64,000 bases of DNA from Bacteroidales bacterium (GTDB lineage: Bacteria > Bacteroidota > Bacteroidia > Bacteroidales > PUMT01), in the NCBI GenBank assembly GCA_007125955.1, contig SLCF01000025.1:8105-72104 (forward strand), written 5' to 3'. Each line of letters opens with the position of its first letter. The stretch's first letter is position 1. Made by a program: the position numbers and the translations under genes. The notes below the pieces were generated by a model. It worked only from the letters and a program-made list of their open reading frames with translations. It was not told the origin of the DNA and searched no databases. Positions 39,075-48,039 of this stretch are shown here, in pieces.

Positions 39075-40535
39075 ATGAGCCCATACAAATTTCAATACAA
39101 GACAAAAAAACAAAAATACACGGCCTTTGTCACCCGGCTTTTGGCTACGGCACTTTTTGTTTTTTCTGTTTCAACCACACTAAGTGCGCAGAATAACAAC
39201 ACCATCTATTTTATGGACAGGCTGCCCCAGTCATCTTTGCTAAACCCTTCATTCCAGCCCAATTACAACTATTACATCGGTTTGCCTTTACTATCGTCAA
39301 TGAATGTAAATGCAGGAACAAATTTCGTGAGTTTTAGCGATATAATATTCAAAAGCTCAGAGATGGATTCACTGATAACATTTCTGCATCCATCCCATAA
39401 CATTGACGATTTTATCGGAAAGCTCAATGAAAGGAATTACCTGGGGCCTGACATGCATTTGAACCTTTTGCGGGTTGGTGTAAGATACAGGGATATGTTT
39501 TTCAACTTCTCGGTTTCTGAAAGAATGTCAATGAGAGCTTCGTTACCAAAAGATCTTTTTGTTTTCGCACTTAAAGGGAATGAGGAGTTTCTGGACAGAA
39601 AAGCTGATTTTTCAAATCTGGGTGCGGATTTGAACTATTACCGTGAATTTGCGCTTGGAGCATCATATCCCCTTGATGAACGACTCACTTTGGGGGCAAC
39701 TGCAAAACTCCTTTTCGGCAAGGGGAATATATCAATTTCCGATCATGATATTAATCTTTATACCGATCCCGAATCATACAATATGATCTTAAACTCCAGG
39801 TTTACCGTCAATATGTCCATGCCGTTTGATCTTCAATACGATGAGGATGGCAATATAGAGGATATTGTCCCGCATTTTGATGATGAGGATTATAATTTCG
39901 CAGAATTTGTATTCAACAACCAAAATGTCGGAATGGCCCTGGATCTCGGAGCTACCTACATGTTTTCAGATGAGATAACTTTTTATGCAAGTGTTAAAGA
40001 CCTTGGATTCATAAGATGGAAAAATAATGTTTACAATATCTCTATGGACGGGGAGTATGAGTTTGAAGGGTTTGATATTGCAGAAATAATTAACGATGAA
40101 GATGACCAGTATATTGACAACTTACTTGATTCAATTGCAGATCTATTTGCATTCACCGATACACAAAATGCTTTCACAAGGGGACTGGGAACACGTATTT
40201 ATCTTGGCGGCAAATACCAGTTGAACGAAATGTTGAATTTTGGAGCACTATCCCGTTCAGAGATAAGGGGAGGCAATTTTATGCAGGCGCTGACACTTTC
40301 GGCAAATGCAGATTTTACCAGGTGGCTTTCAACTTCAATGTCCTATTCAATGATGAACAATTCTTATAATAACCTTGGAATGGGCCTTGGAATAAGAGGC
40401 GGGCCAATCCAGTTTTACATGCTGAGCGATAATATTAACACGCTGTTTATGCCCCATAGATCACAGAACGTTAATTTGTGGTTTGGGCTGAACCTTGTAT
40501 TTGGCTACAATCGTGATCTTGAGATGATAAAATAG
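39075..40535 (+). CDS. hypothetical outer-membrane beta-barrel protein (possibly DUF5723-like / distantly PorP/SprF-like)
   Basis: Signal peptide (ATALFVFSVSTTLSAQ), alternating beta-strand-like pattern throughout and aromatic-rich C-terminal strands (NLWFGLNLVFGY). Starts 14 nt after the lipoprotein gene. Confidence 0.65.
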   Translation: MSPYKFQYKTKKQKYTAFVTRLLATALFVFSVSTTLSAQNNNTIYFMDRLPQSSLLNPSFQPNYNYYIGLPLLSSMNVNAGTNFVSFSDIIFKSSEMDSLITFLHPSHNIDDFIGKLNERNYLGPDMHLNLLRVGVRYRDMFFNFSVSERMSMRASLPKDLFVFALKGNEEFLDRKADFSNLGADLNYYREFALGASYPLDERLTLGATAKLLFGKGNISISDHDINLYTDPESYNMILNSRFTVNMSMPFDLQYDEDGNIEDIVPHFDDEDYNFAEFVFNNQNVGMALDLGATYMFSDEITFYASVKDLGFIRWKNNVYNISMDGEYEFEGFDIAEIINDEDDQYIDNLLDSIADLFAFTDTQNAFTRGLGTRIYLGGKYQLNEMLNFGALSRSEIRGGNFMQALTLSANADFTRWLSTSMSYSMMNNSYNNLGMGLGIRGGPIQFYMLSDNINTLFMPHRSQNVNLWFGLNLVFGYNRDLEMIK

Positions 40536-40603
40536 TACAGAATTCCTGCAGTTGATTGATGACAGATTCACTTCATTTTAGCTGACTGCAACTGGCGGTA
40601 ATC

Positions 40604-40655
40604 CTTACCCTCTTTGCTTTAAAAATTGTTAACTTTGCCTTTCAAAGAGGGTAAG
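40604..40655. repeat. 13-bp perfect inverted repeat bracketing a promoter box and abutting a start codon
   Basis: CTTACCCTCTTTG (40604..40616) and CAAAGAGGGTAAG (40643..40655) are exact reverse complements with a 26-nt spacer. The ATG of the next gene is at 40658. Confidence 0.8.
40630..40637 (+). promoter_or_regulatory. candidate -7 promoter box (TAACTTTG) for the DUF4834-like/YfhO-like genes
   Basis: Matches TAnnTTTG, 21 nt upstream of the ATG at 40658. Lies in the spacer of the inverted repeat. Confidence 0.4.
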
Positions 40656-40657
40656 TT

Positions 40658-40915
40658 ATGGGTGTGATAAGGTTTATATTTATTTTTATCGTCGCATATC
40701 TGGCAATCAGTCTTATTACCAGATATGTAATTCCGGTTATTTTGAGATTGTTTTTCAGGTATATAAGTAACAAATCCCGGAATCAGTACTCCGGTGGCAG
40801 AGACCGGGTGAGGAGAAAGGAAGGTGAGGTAAAAATTGATTATGCTCCCGGGTCGGATAAAAAGATCGACAAGGACTCAGGAGAATATGTTGATTATGAA
40901 GAAGTGGACGAGTAA
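40658..40915 (+). CDS. small membrane protein, DUF4834-like
   Basis: N-terminal TM helix, basic linker and acidic C-terminal tail ending YVDYEEVDE. This pattern is as I recall it for DUF4834. Confidence 0.55.
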   Translation: MGVIRFIFIFIVAYLAISLITRYVIPVILRLFFRYISNKSRNQYSGGRDRVRRKEGEVKIDYAPGSDKKIDKDSGEYVDYEEVDE

Positions 40916-40945
40916 TAACCATATCTTAATTGTCAGTAAATCATT

Positions 40946-43405
40946 ATGGACAGAACATTGATAAAAAGGATCACTCCCCATTTAGTGGCAATAATAATGT
41001 TTCTGGGGCTATCATTTGCTTATTTTTCTCCGGTTCTTGAGGGGAAAAAACTTGAACAACCTGATATTATACAGTTTCGGGGAATGGCAAGGGAAATAGT
41101 CGAATTCAGGGAAGAGACCGGCAGTGAACCTTTGTGGACAAATAGTATGTTTGGAGGTATGCCTGCATATCAGATATCAGTACTCTACCCGTCAAATCTG
41201 ATAAGGTTTGCAGATAAAGCCATCTCACTGGGATTACCTGTGCCTGCAAAATACCTTTTTTTGAGCCTGATCGGTTTTTATATATTGCTCCTTGCATTCA
41301 GGGTGAATCCATGGCTTGCCATCGCAGGGGCTATTGCTTTCGGGTTTTCCACATATTTTTTTATTATTGAGGCGGCCGGGCATAATACAAAAGCACATGC
41401 AATGTGTTACATGCCCCCATTACTTGCCGGCATTTACATTTCATTCAGAGGGAAAATACTTATCGGGTGTGTGCTTACCGGACTGTTCCTTGCCCTTCAG
41501 CTTTACACAAACCATTTGCAGATAACATACTACACCCTGCTGATTGTAATTGTTTTTGGTATAGTTGAACTAATCAAGTCATTCAGGGAAACAACGCTTT
41601 TTAATTATTTCCGCACTTTAGGGTTGCTTTTTATACCTGTAATACTGGCAGTGGGTGTGAATTTTACCAACCTTTACCTTACATGGGAATACGGGCGCTA
41701 TTCAATGAGGGGGCCTTCAGAGCTTACTCATGACCAGGATACTCAGACATCGGGACTTGACAAGGACTATATTCTTGATGATTACAGTTATGGTATAGCT
41801 GAAACAATGAATTTGTTCATACCTGACTTCATGGGGAGAGCCTCTTCAATGGACATTGGTGAGGGTTCTCATGTTTACCGGGAACTTTCCAGTGCCGGAG
41901 TACAGAATCCCCGTGACATAGTTTCTCAAATGCCTGTATACTGGGGGGGGCAACGGTTCACAGCCGGACCGGTTTATATAGGGGCTGTAGCAATATTCTT
42001 TTTTGTTCTCGGGTTGTTTGTAATTAAAGGGAGTATTAAGTGGTGGCTTCTTTCTGCAACACTTCTTTCAATACTTCTGGCGTGGGGAAAGAATTTCATG
42101 TTTCTCTCCGAGCTGTTCATTGATTATTTTCCCGGTTATGACAGGTTCCGGACAGTTTCAATGATACTTGTAATAGCGCAGTTAACTATACCACTTCTTG
42201 GGGTTCTTGGAATTAGCCGGATAATTAATAGCAAAAACTCATGGCAATTTTACAGAAAAGATGTTTACAGAACCTTTTACATTCTGGGAGGAATATCATT
42301 TTTCTTTGTTGTTTTTGCAGGGATTTTCAATTACTCCGCACCGATTGACAGGCAGCTTATTTCAAGCGGATGGCCTGATTATATTATTGATGCTCTGAAA
42401 CAGGACAGACTAAGTCTTTTAAGGTCGGATGCCTTTCGCACTTTTCTCTTTGTCCTTTTTTCCGCAGCACTTGTTTGGGGTTTTCTGAAAGGGTTTATTA
42501 AAACAAACTGGCTGATAACCGGTGTTGCCCTGTTGTTCCTTTTTGATATGTGGCCTGTAAACCGCAGGTTCCTGAATAACGACAATTTTGTTACCGAAGT
42601 TGAAGTAGCGCAATATTTCAGGAAATCACAGGCAGATATGGCAATTCTTCAGGATGAAGACCCTCATTTCCGGGTTTTCAATACCACCCGAAGTCCTTTC
42701 AATGATGCTGTAACATCATACCATCATAAGTCGGTTGGAGGATATCACGGAGCCAAGCTGGGGCGATACCAGGATCTTATCGATTTTCACCTTAGCAGGA
42801 ACAATATGGATGTTTTCAACATGCTTAACACAAAATATTTTATAGTACCAGACCCTGAACGCGGAGATCCAAGGGCACAGCGAAATCCTGACGCACTTGG
42901 TAATGCCTGGTTTGTTGAAGATTACCGGATTGTACAAAACGCTGATCAGGAAATAGAGGCATTAAACGATTTCGATCCTGCAAAGGAAGCGGTTGTGGAT
43001 ATCAGGTTTGCCGAATATCTTGAGAAGCTCCCGGATGAGCCAACATCAGAAGGATCAATTGAGCTTACTGAATACAAACCAAATTATTTGAAATACCGGT
43101 CTGTTGCTGAAGGTGTTAACCTGGCAGTATTTTCTGAAATTCATTATGAAAAGGGGTGGGAGGCATTCATAAATGGAGAAAAAGTCCCCCATTTCAGGGT
43201 GAATTATGTTTTAAGGGGTATGATAGTACCGGAAGGAGCTTACGAGATTGAATTCAGGTTTGATCCTGCAGGTTACAGGATAGGCGAGAGGATAAGTCTT
43301 GCTTCTTCAATAATAATGATACTTTTAATCGGAACTATAATATACAGGAAACTGAAACCTTACATGGGCAACTGGATGGCAAACAAGGTGAACAGCGATA
43401 AATAG
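40946..43405 (+). CDS. YfhO-family polytopic membrane protein (GT-C-like)
   Basis: 819 aa with many TM helices in the N-terminal two-thirds, a large C-terminal extracytoplasmic domain and a terminal TM. Overall architecture resembles YfhO-family proteins. Confidence 0.6.
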   Translation: MDRTLIKRITPHLVAIIMFLGLSFAYFSPVLEGKKLEQPDIIQFRGMAREIVEFREETGSEPLWTNSMFGGMPAYQISVLYPSNLIRFADKAISLGLPVPAKYLFLSLIGFYILLLAFRVNPWLAIAGAIAFGFSTYFFIIEAAGHNTKAHAMCYMPPLLAGIYISFRGKILIGCVLTGLFLALQLYTNHLQITYYTLLIVIVFGIVELIKSFRETTLFNYFRTLGLLFIPVILAVGVNFTNLYLTWEYGRYSMRGPSELTHDQDTQTSGLDKDYILDDYSYGIAETMNLFIPDFMGRASSMDIGEGSHVYRELSSAGVQNPRDIVSQMPVYWGGQRFTAGPVYIGAVAIFFFVLGLFVIKGSIKWWLLSATLLSILLAWGKNFMFLSELFIDYFPGYDRFRTVSMILVIAQLTIPLLGVLGISRIINSKNSWQFYRKDVYRTFYILGGISFFFVVFAGIFNYSAPIDRQLISSGWPDYIIDALKQDRLSLLRSDAFRTFLFVLFSAALVWGFLKGFIKTNWLITGVALLFLFDMWPVNRRFLNNDNFVTEVEVAQYFRKSQADMAILQDEDPHFRVFNTTRSPFNDAVTSYHHKSVGGYHGAKLGRYQDLIDFHLSRNNMDVFNMLNTKYFIVPDPERGDPRAQRNPDALGNAWFVEDYRIVQNADQEIEALNDFDPAKEAVVDIRFAEYLEKLPDEPTSEGSIELTEYKPNYLKYRSVAEGVNLAVFSEIHYEKGWEAFINGEKVPHFRVNYVLRGMIVPEGAYEIEFRFDPAGYRIGERISLASSIIMILLIGTIIYRKLKPYMGNWMANKVNSDK

Positions 43406-43410
43406 AGTTT

Positions 43411-43872
43411 ATGGAACCAAAAACAAAATTGAATGAGAAAGAGATTCATTCTATAATAAAAAAGTGCAAGGTTTGTTACATTGGTATGGTTGACGGGGAC
43501 ACCCCGTATGTTTTACCTTTCAATTACGGGTTTTGTAACGGGGTTATATATTTCCACTCTGGTCCGGATGGGAAAAAATTTGACGTGCTTACGCGCAACA
43601 ACAAAGTATGCATTGCATTCAGCTGTGATCACGAGCTGAAAATCGTGAATCAAGAAGTTGCCTGCAGTTATTCCATGAAATACCGAAGCGTTCTTTTACA
43701 TGGCAAAATTGAAATGGTTGAAGATTTCCGGGAAAAGGAAAAAGCCCTGAATATTATAATGGAAAACTACACAGGCAGAAATGATTTTTCCTACAATTCC
43801 CCTGCAGTAAACAATGTAAGGGTATTCAGGGTAAAACCGTCGGTAACCGAAGCGAGGACATTCGGTTACTGA
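43411..43872 (+). CDS. pyridoxamine 5'-phosphate oxidase family (FMN-binding split-barrel, Nim-like) protein
   Basis: ~150 aa. N-terminal pattern (CKVCYIGMVDGDTPYVLPFNYGF..GVIYFHS) is typical of the Pyridox_ox_2 / Nim group. Confidence 0.65.
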   Translation: MEPKTKLNEKEIHSIIKKCKVCYIGMVDGDTPYVLPFNYGFCNGVIYFHSGPDGKKFDVLTRNNKVCIAFSCDHELKIVNQEVACSYSMKYRSVLLHGKIEMVEDFREKEKALNIIMENYTGRNDFSYNSPAVNNVRVFRVKPSVTEARTFGY

Positions 43873-43884
43873 TTTAAAGAGCTG

Positions 43885-45066
43885 TCAGATCTTTTCAAAA
43901 GCCTGCTCCAGGTCTTTTATAAGATCTCCCGCGTCTTCTATCCCGACTGAGTATCTTACAAGTCCGTCTGTAATGCCTGCTTTTTCCCTTTTTTGTCTTG
44001 AAAGGCCGGAGTGTGTCATGGAAGCCGGATGCTGTATAAGCGTTTCAACACCACCCAGGGATACAGCAAGGGTTGCAACCTTTACCGAGTTCATCAGCTT
44101 TTTGCCTGCCTCGATTCCTCCTTTCAGCTCAAAGCTCATCATTGCTCCCGGACCTTTCATCTGCTTTTTAAACAGATTTTGCTGTTTGTAGGATTTGAGT
44201 CCGGGATACTTTATCCATTCAACCTTGGGATGTTTTTCAAGCCATTCTGCAATTTCCATTGCATTTTTCTGGCTTCTTTCCATTCTTATCCCAAGGGTTT
44301 TAACACCGCGTAAAACAAGATAGGCCTGGTGAGGGTCCATATTGCAGCCCATAGATATCATAAGCGGCCTGATCTTCTCGTAAAGTTCCTTTTTTTTGGT
44401 TATAATAATGCCCCCAACAACATCCGCATGGCCGTTTATGAATTTGGTAAGCGAATGGAAAACAACGTCAGCTCCCATATCAAGAGGGTTTTGCAGGCAG
44501 GGGCTGGAGAATGTATTGTCAACCACCAGTATGCTGCCGTTATCGTGTGCAATTTTTGCGCATTCCCTTATATCGGTTAACTGGATAGTCGGGTTGGATG
44601 GAGTTTCAATAAATAATACCCTGGTGTCAGGGCGGATCGATTTTTTTACCAGTTCAAGGTCTGATGTGTCAATAAAAGTTGATCGCACGCCAAACCTGCT
44701 GAAATGGTTTTCAATTACGCTTCTTGAAGGTCCGTATACCGAAGATGTGCTCAGGAAATGAGAATCCTTGTCCAGCAGCGCCATATAAATTGATGTGCAG
44801 GCGCCCATTCCCGAAGATGTTGCAATACCGCCGTAACCATTTTCCAGTTCTGCCAGATTATCCTCCAGTGCCTTTATTGTAGGGTTGTTTATCCTGGTGT
44901 ATATATACCCCTCTTTATTGTCAGAAAAGCATCTTGCACCATGCTCTGCATTTTTAAATGCAAAAGTTGATGTCTGGTAGATTGGTACCGTTGCACTTCC
45001 GAAATGTTCTTCGTAGTGGCCGGCGTGAATAAGTTTTGTGTCAAAATTGAGTTTTTTTGTCTCCAT
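43885..45066 (-). CDS. PLP-dependent trans-sulfuration family enzyme (methionine gamma-lyase / cystathionine gamma-synthase-like)
   Basis: Cys/Met-metabolism PLP family blocks. The PLP-lysine context is HSLTKFINGHADVVGG. Exact specificity cannot be decided from sequence alone. Confidence 0.8.
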   Translation of the reverse strand: METKKLNFDTKLIHAGHYEEHFGSATVPIYQTSTFAFKNAEHGARCFSDNKEGYIYTRINNPTIKALEDNLAELENGYGGIATSSGMGACTSIYMALLDKDSHFLSTSSVYGPSRSVIENHFSRFGVRSTFIDTSDLELVKKSIRPDTRVLFIETPSNPTIQLTDIRECAKIAHDNGSILVVDNTFSSPCLQNPLDMGADVVFHSLTKFINGHADVVGGIIITKKKELYEKIRPLMISMGCNMDPHQAYLVLRGVKTLGIRMERSQKNAMEIAEWLEKHPKVEWIKYPGLKSYKQQNLFKKQMKGPGAMMSFELKGGIEAGKKLMNSVKVATLAVSLGGVETLIQHPASMTHSGLSRQKREKAGITDGLVRYSVGIEDAGDLIKDLEQAFEKI

Positions 45067-45088
45067 TATAATTTTTTTAAATGAATTA

Positions 45089-45844
45089 TTAGTCTCTCTG
45101 TTCTTTTAATTTTCTGACCAGCTCGGTAGCATAAACAAAATCATCCAGTTCAAGGTTCCCGGAACTAAGTATTTCCTCTTTGCTTCCTTCCCACCATTTT
45201 TGGCCTTCATGTATGAAAAAAACCTTGTCCCCTATCTCAATTACCGAATTCATATCATGGGTATTGATAACTGTTGTAATATTAAGTTCAAGTGTTATCC
45301 TCTTTATCAGGTTGTCTATTATATTGGCGGTTTTGGGGTCAAGTCCGGAATTCGGCTCATCGCAGAAAAGATAGCTTGGGTGCATTACAACTGCTCTGGC
45401 AATGCCAGCTCTCTTTTTCATTCCACCACTCAGTTCAGAAGGGTATAGATGGGTTACATTTTCAAGATCCACCATATCAAGGCAGTGATCCACACGCTTT
45501 TGCTTTTCTAATACCGACATGGTAGTGAACATATCAAGATTGAAGCGTACATTTTCGTTTATTGTAAGTGAATCAAATAGTGCAGCTCCCTGGAAAAGCA
45601 TTCCGAATTTTCGTCTGATTATGTTTCTTTCTTTTAATCCCATTATGTTAAAGCACTGCCCCTCAAAAAGTATGTCACCGGAATCCACGTCATGCAATCC
45701 GATAATAGATTTGAGAAGAACGGTTTTGCCTGAACCGCTCCGCCCGATAATGAGATTGGCTTTTCCCCGCTCAAACAGTGCAGAAATGTTTTTCAGTACC
45801 TGCGTGTTGTTGAAAGATTTATTCAAATTCCTAACCTCTATCAT
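45089..45844 (-). CDS. ABC transporter ATP-binding protein (MlaF-like)
   Basis: Walker A GRSGSGKT, signature LSGGMKKR, Walker B LFCDEP. Its start overlaps the upstream MlaE-like permease stop by 4 nt. Confidence 0.8.
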   Translation of the reverse strand: MIEVRNLNKSFNNTQVLKNISALFERGKANLIIGRSGSGKTVLLKSIIGLHDVDSGDILFEGQCFNIMGLKERNIIRRKFGMLFQGAALFDSLTINENVRFNLDMFTTMSVLEKQKRVDHCLDMVDLENVTHLYPSELSGGMKKRAGIARAVVMHPSYLFCDEPNSGLDPKTANIIDNLIKRITLELNITTVINTHDMNSVIEIGDKVFFIHEGQKWWEGSKEEILSSGNLELDDFVYATELVRKLKEQRD

Positions 45845-46581
45845 GAAAGAAGTAGTTGAGTTAACAACAAATTGAAAAGCAGGATAACAACGCTGCTGTG
45901 TACAACCGCTCTTGTGCTGGAGCGTCCGACCTCAAGTGCTCCACCGTTGGTATAATAGCCATGATAAGCAGAAACGGTTGTTATAATAAATGCAAATATA
46001 ACAGATTTGATTAGTGAATAAGTAATGTAATAGGGAATAAAAGCAAACTGTATACCTTGTATATAGTTTGTTGTTGTTACTACCCCTGCAAACGTCCCGG
46101 CAGCCCAGCCACCGAATATTCCGATGATCATGCTCATTATCGTAAGGAAAGGTGCAAATATCATCAAAGCTATAATTTTTGGAAGAATAAGGTAACCGGC
46201 AGAGTTTATTCCCATAATTTCCAATGCATCTATCTGTTCCGTGACGCTCATAGTCCCGAGCTCTGAAGCTATACTTGACCCTACTTTCCCGGCTAGAATG
46301 AGTGCAACTATTGTGCTGGAGAATTCAAGCAGTATAGAATCCCTTGCAGCCAGACCGATAAGGTATGTAGGAAGCAAAGGGTTCTCAATATTGTATGCGG
46401 TTTGGATTGTTATTACCCCACCCATGAACACAGAAATAATAGCGATAATGCCTATAGAGTTTACGCCCAGATTTTCCAGCTCCCTAACGGTCTGCTTATA
46501 ATAAACGGAAGGTTTTTCCGGCCAGGAAAAAATCTTTTTAAGCAGAATGACATAATTTCCTAAATGACGTAACAGCATCAT
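45841..46581 (-). CDS. MlaE-family ABC transporter permease
   Basis: ~245-aa polytopic permease. Conserved block TEQIDALEIMGINS is typical of MlaE/Ttg2B. Confidence 0.8.
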   Translation of the reverse strand: MMLLRHLGNYVILLKKIFSWPEKPSVYYKQTVRELENLGVNSIGIIAIISVFMGGVITIQTAYNIENPLLPTYLIGLAARDSILLEFSSTIVALILAGKVGSSIASELGTMSVTEQIDALEIMGINSAGYLILPKIIALMIFAPFLTIMSMIIGIFGGWAAGTFAGVVTTTNYIQGIQFAFIPYYITYSLIKSVIFAFIITTVSAYHGYYTNGGALEVGRSSTRAVVHSSVVILLFNLLLTQLLLS

Positions 46582-46892
46582 AAAATTATTGTTTAATAAA
46601 AAAACAAAAGTAAATCAATTTAAAATCAACATAAAATTACCAAAAAGAAAACTTTTACATATGAAACGAGAAATCATTCACTCCCGGGACATATGAGCTG
46701 ATCGTAATAACAATTGATTTGCGTCCGCTAAAGAACATCAATGAAATCCGTGATTAGTTTTCTTAATGAAACAGTTTATTTATCCAATATATCAAAGCTT
46801 TTTGTATTTTTACAAATAGCCTCTGCCTGTTCGATTATTCAGGGGTGGGGAATATACACTATTCTGTAAATTACTATGAAAACTGCATTGGT

Positions 46893-47981
46893 ATGAAAAA
46901 AGATCATTACTGTATAATAATGGCAGGAGGGATTGGCAGCAGGTTCTGGCCCCTCAGTAAAACAGAAAAACCCAAACAGTTCCTGGATATTCTTGGAACA
47001 GGGCGAACCTTGCTTCAGCTCACTTTTGACAGGTTCGCCAATCTTTTTTTGAAAGAGAATATACTGGTGGTTACAAATGCGGATTACAAGGGAATTGTCC
47101 TGGAGCAGCTTCCGGAGATCCAGGAAGATCAGGTGTTGAGTGAGCCTATGAGAAAAAATACTGCTCCATGCATTGCCTATGCAAACCAGAGGATACTCAG
47201 ATCAAATCCTGATGCCGTAATAGTAACATCACCCGCCGATCATCTTATACTTAAACAGGAACTGTTTCTGGAAGAAATTGGAAAAGCCCTCGAATTTGCA
47301 AGCCGGAAAGATGCTTTGCTTACTCTCGGCATAAAGCCAAACAGGCCTGAAACGGGATACGGCTACATTCAGGCTGAAACAAAACCTGTCAGTAAAAAAG
47401 ATGAAAACCTCCGGAAAGTTAAAACTTTCACCGAGAAACCAGATTATGATCTTGCCTGCGTGTTTATTGAGAGCGGGGAATTTTTCTGGAATTCCGGAAT
47501 ATTTATCTGGTCACTTGGCTCAATAATGAAGGCATTTGAAAAGTACCTGCCTGAAGTAAATTCACTTTTTGTTTCGGAAGACAGCTATGGTACACCGGGA
47601 GAGACTGCCTTTATAAATGACGTATATGCTACATGCCCCAATATATCTATTGATTACGGCATTATGGAAAAAGCGGACAATGTATATGTTTTATTTTCAG
47701 ATTTCGGCTGGTCTGATCTTGGCACATGGGGCTCTTTATATGAACATTCTGAAAAGGATAAATGCGGTAATGTTTTGAGGGGGAGTGATGTATATACTTA
47801 TGATGTAAATAATTCAATAATCAATTTCCCCGATGATAAGCTTGTTGTATTGCAGGGGCTTAAAGACTTTATTGTGGTAGAGTCTGGTAACATTCTGCTG
47901 GTATGCAAAAAGGATCAGGAGCAGCATATAAAGCAGTTTGTTCATGATGTGAAGATCAGGAAAGGCAGTGAATATGTTTGA
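46893..47981 (+). CDS. mannose-1-phosphate guanylyltransferase-like nucleotidyltransferase
   Basis: ORF 46845..47981. The ATG at 46893 gives HYCIIMAGGIGSRFWPLS (NTP_transferase G-rich loop), followed by GYGYI and WNSGIF blocks. Confidence 0.8.
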   Translation: MKKDHYCIIMAGGIGSRFWPLSKTEKPKQFLDILGTGRTLLQLTFDRFANLFLKENILVVTNADYKGIVLEQLPEIQEDQVLSEPMRKNTAPCIAYANQRILRSNPDAVIVTSPADHLILKQELFLEEIGKALEFASRKDALLTLGIKPNRPETGYGYIQAETKPVSKKDENLRKVKTFTEKPDYDLACVFIESGEFFWNSGIFIWSLGSIMKAFEKYLPEVNSLFVSEDSYGTPGETAFINDVYATCPNISIDYGIMEKADNVYVLFSDFGWSDLGTWGSLYEHSEKDKCGNVLRGSDVYTYDVNNSIINFPDDKLVVLQGLKDFIVVESGNILLVCKKDQEQHIKQFVHDVKIRKGSEYV

Positions 47982-47986
47982 TGCAT

Positions 47987-48018
47987 AAAAAAGAGGGTGC
48001 CGGTATAAAAGCACCCTC
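47987..48018 (-). terminator. Rho-independent terminator downstream of gldN (bidirectional hairpin shared with the convergent gene)
   Basis: 8-bp GC-rich stem GAGGGTGC (47993..48000) / GCACCCTC (48011..48018) with a 10-nt loop. On the minus strand it is followed by TTTTTT (47987..47992). Confidence 0.6.
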
Positions 48019-48039
48019 ATAACTGAAATATTAAACTTG

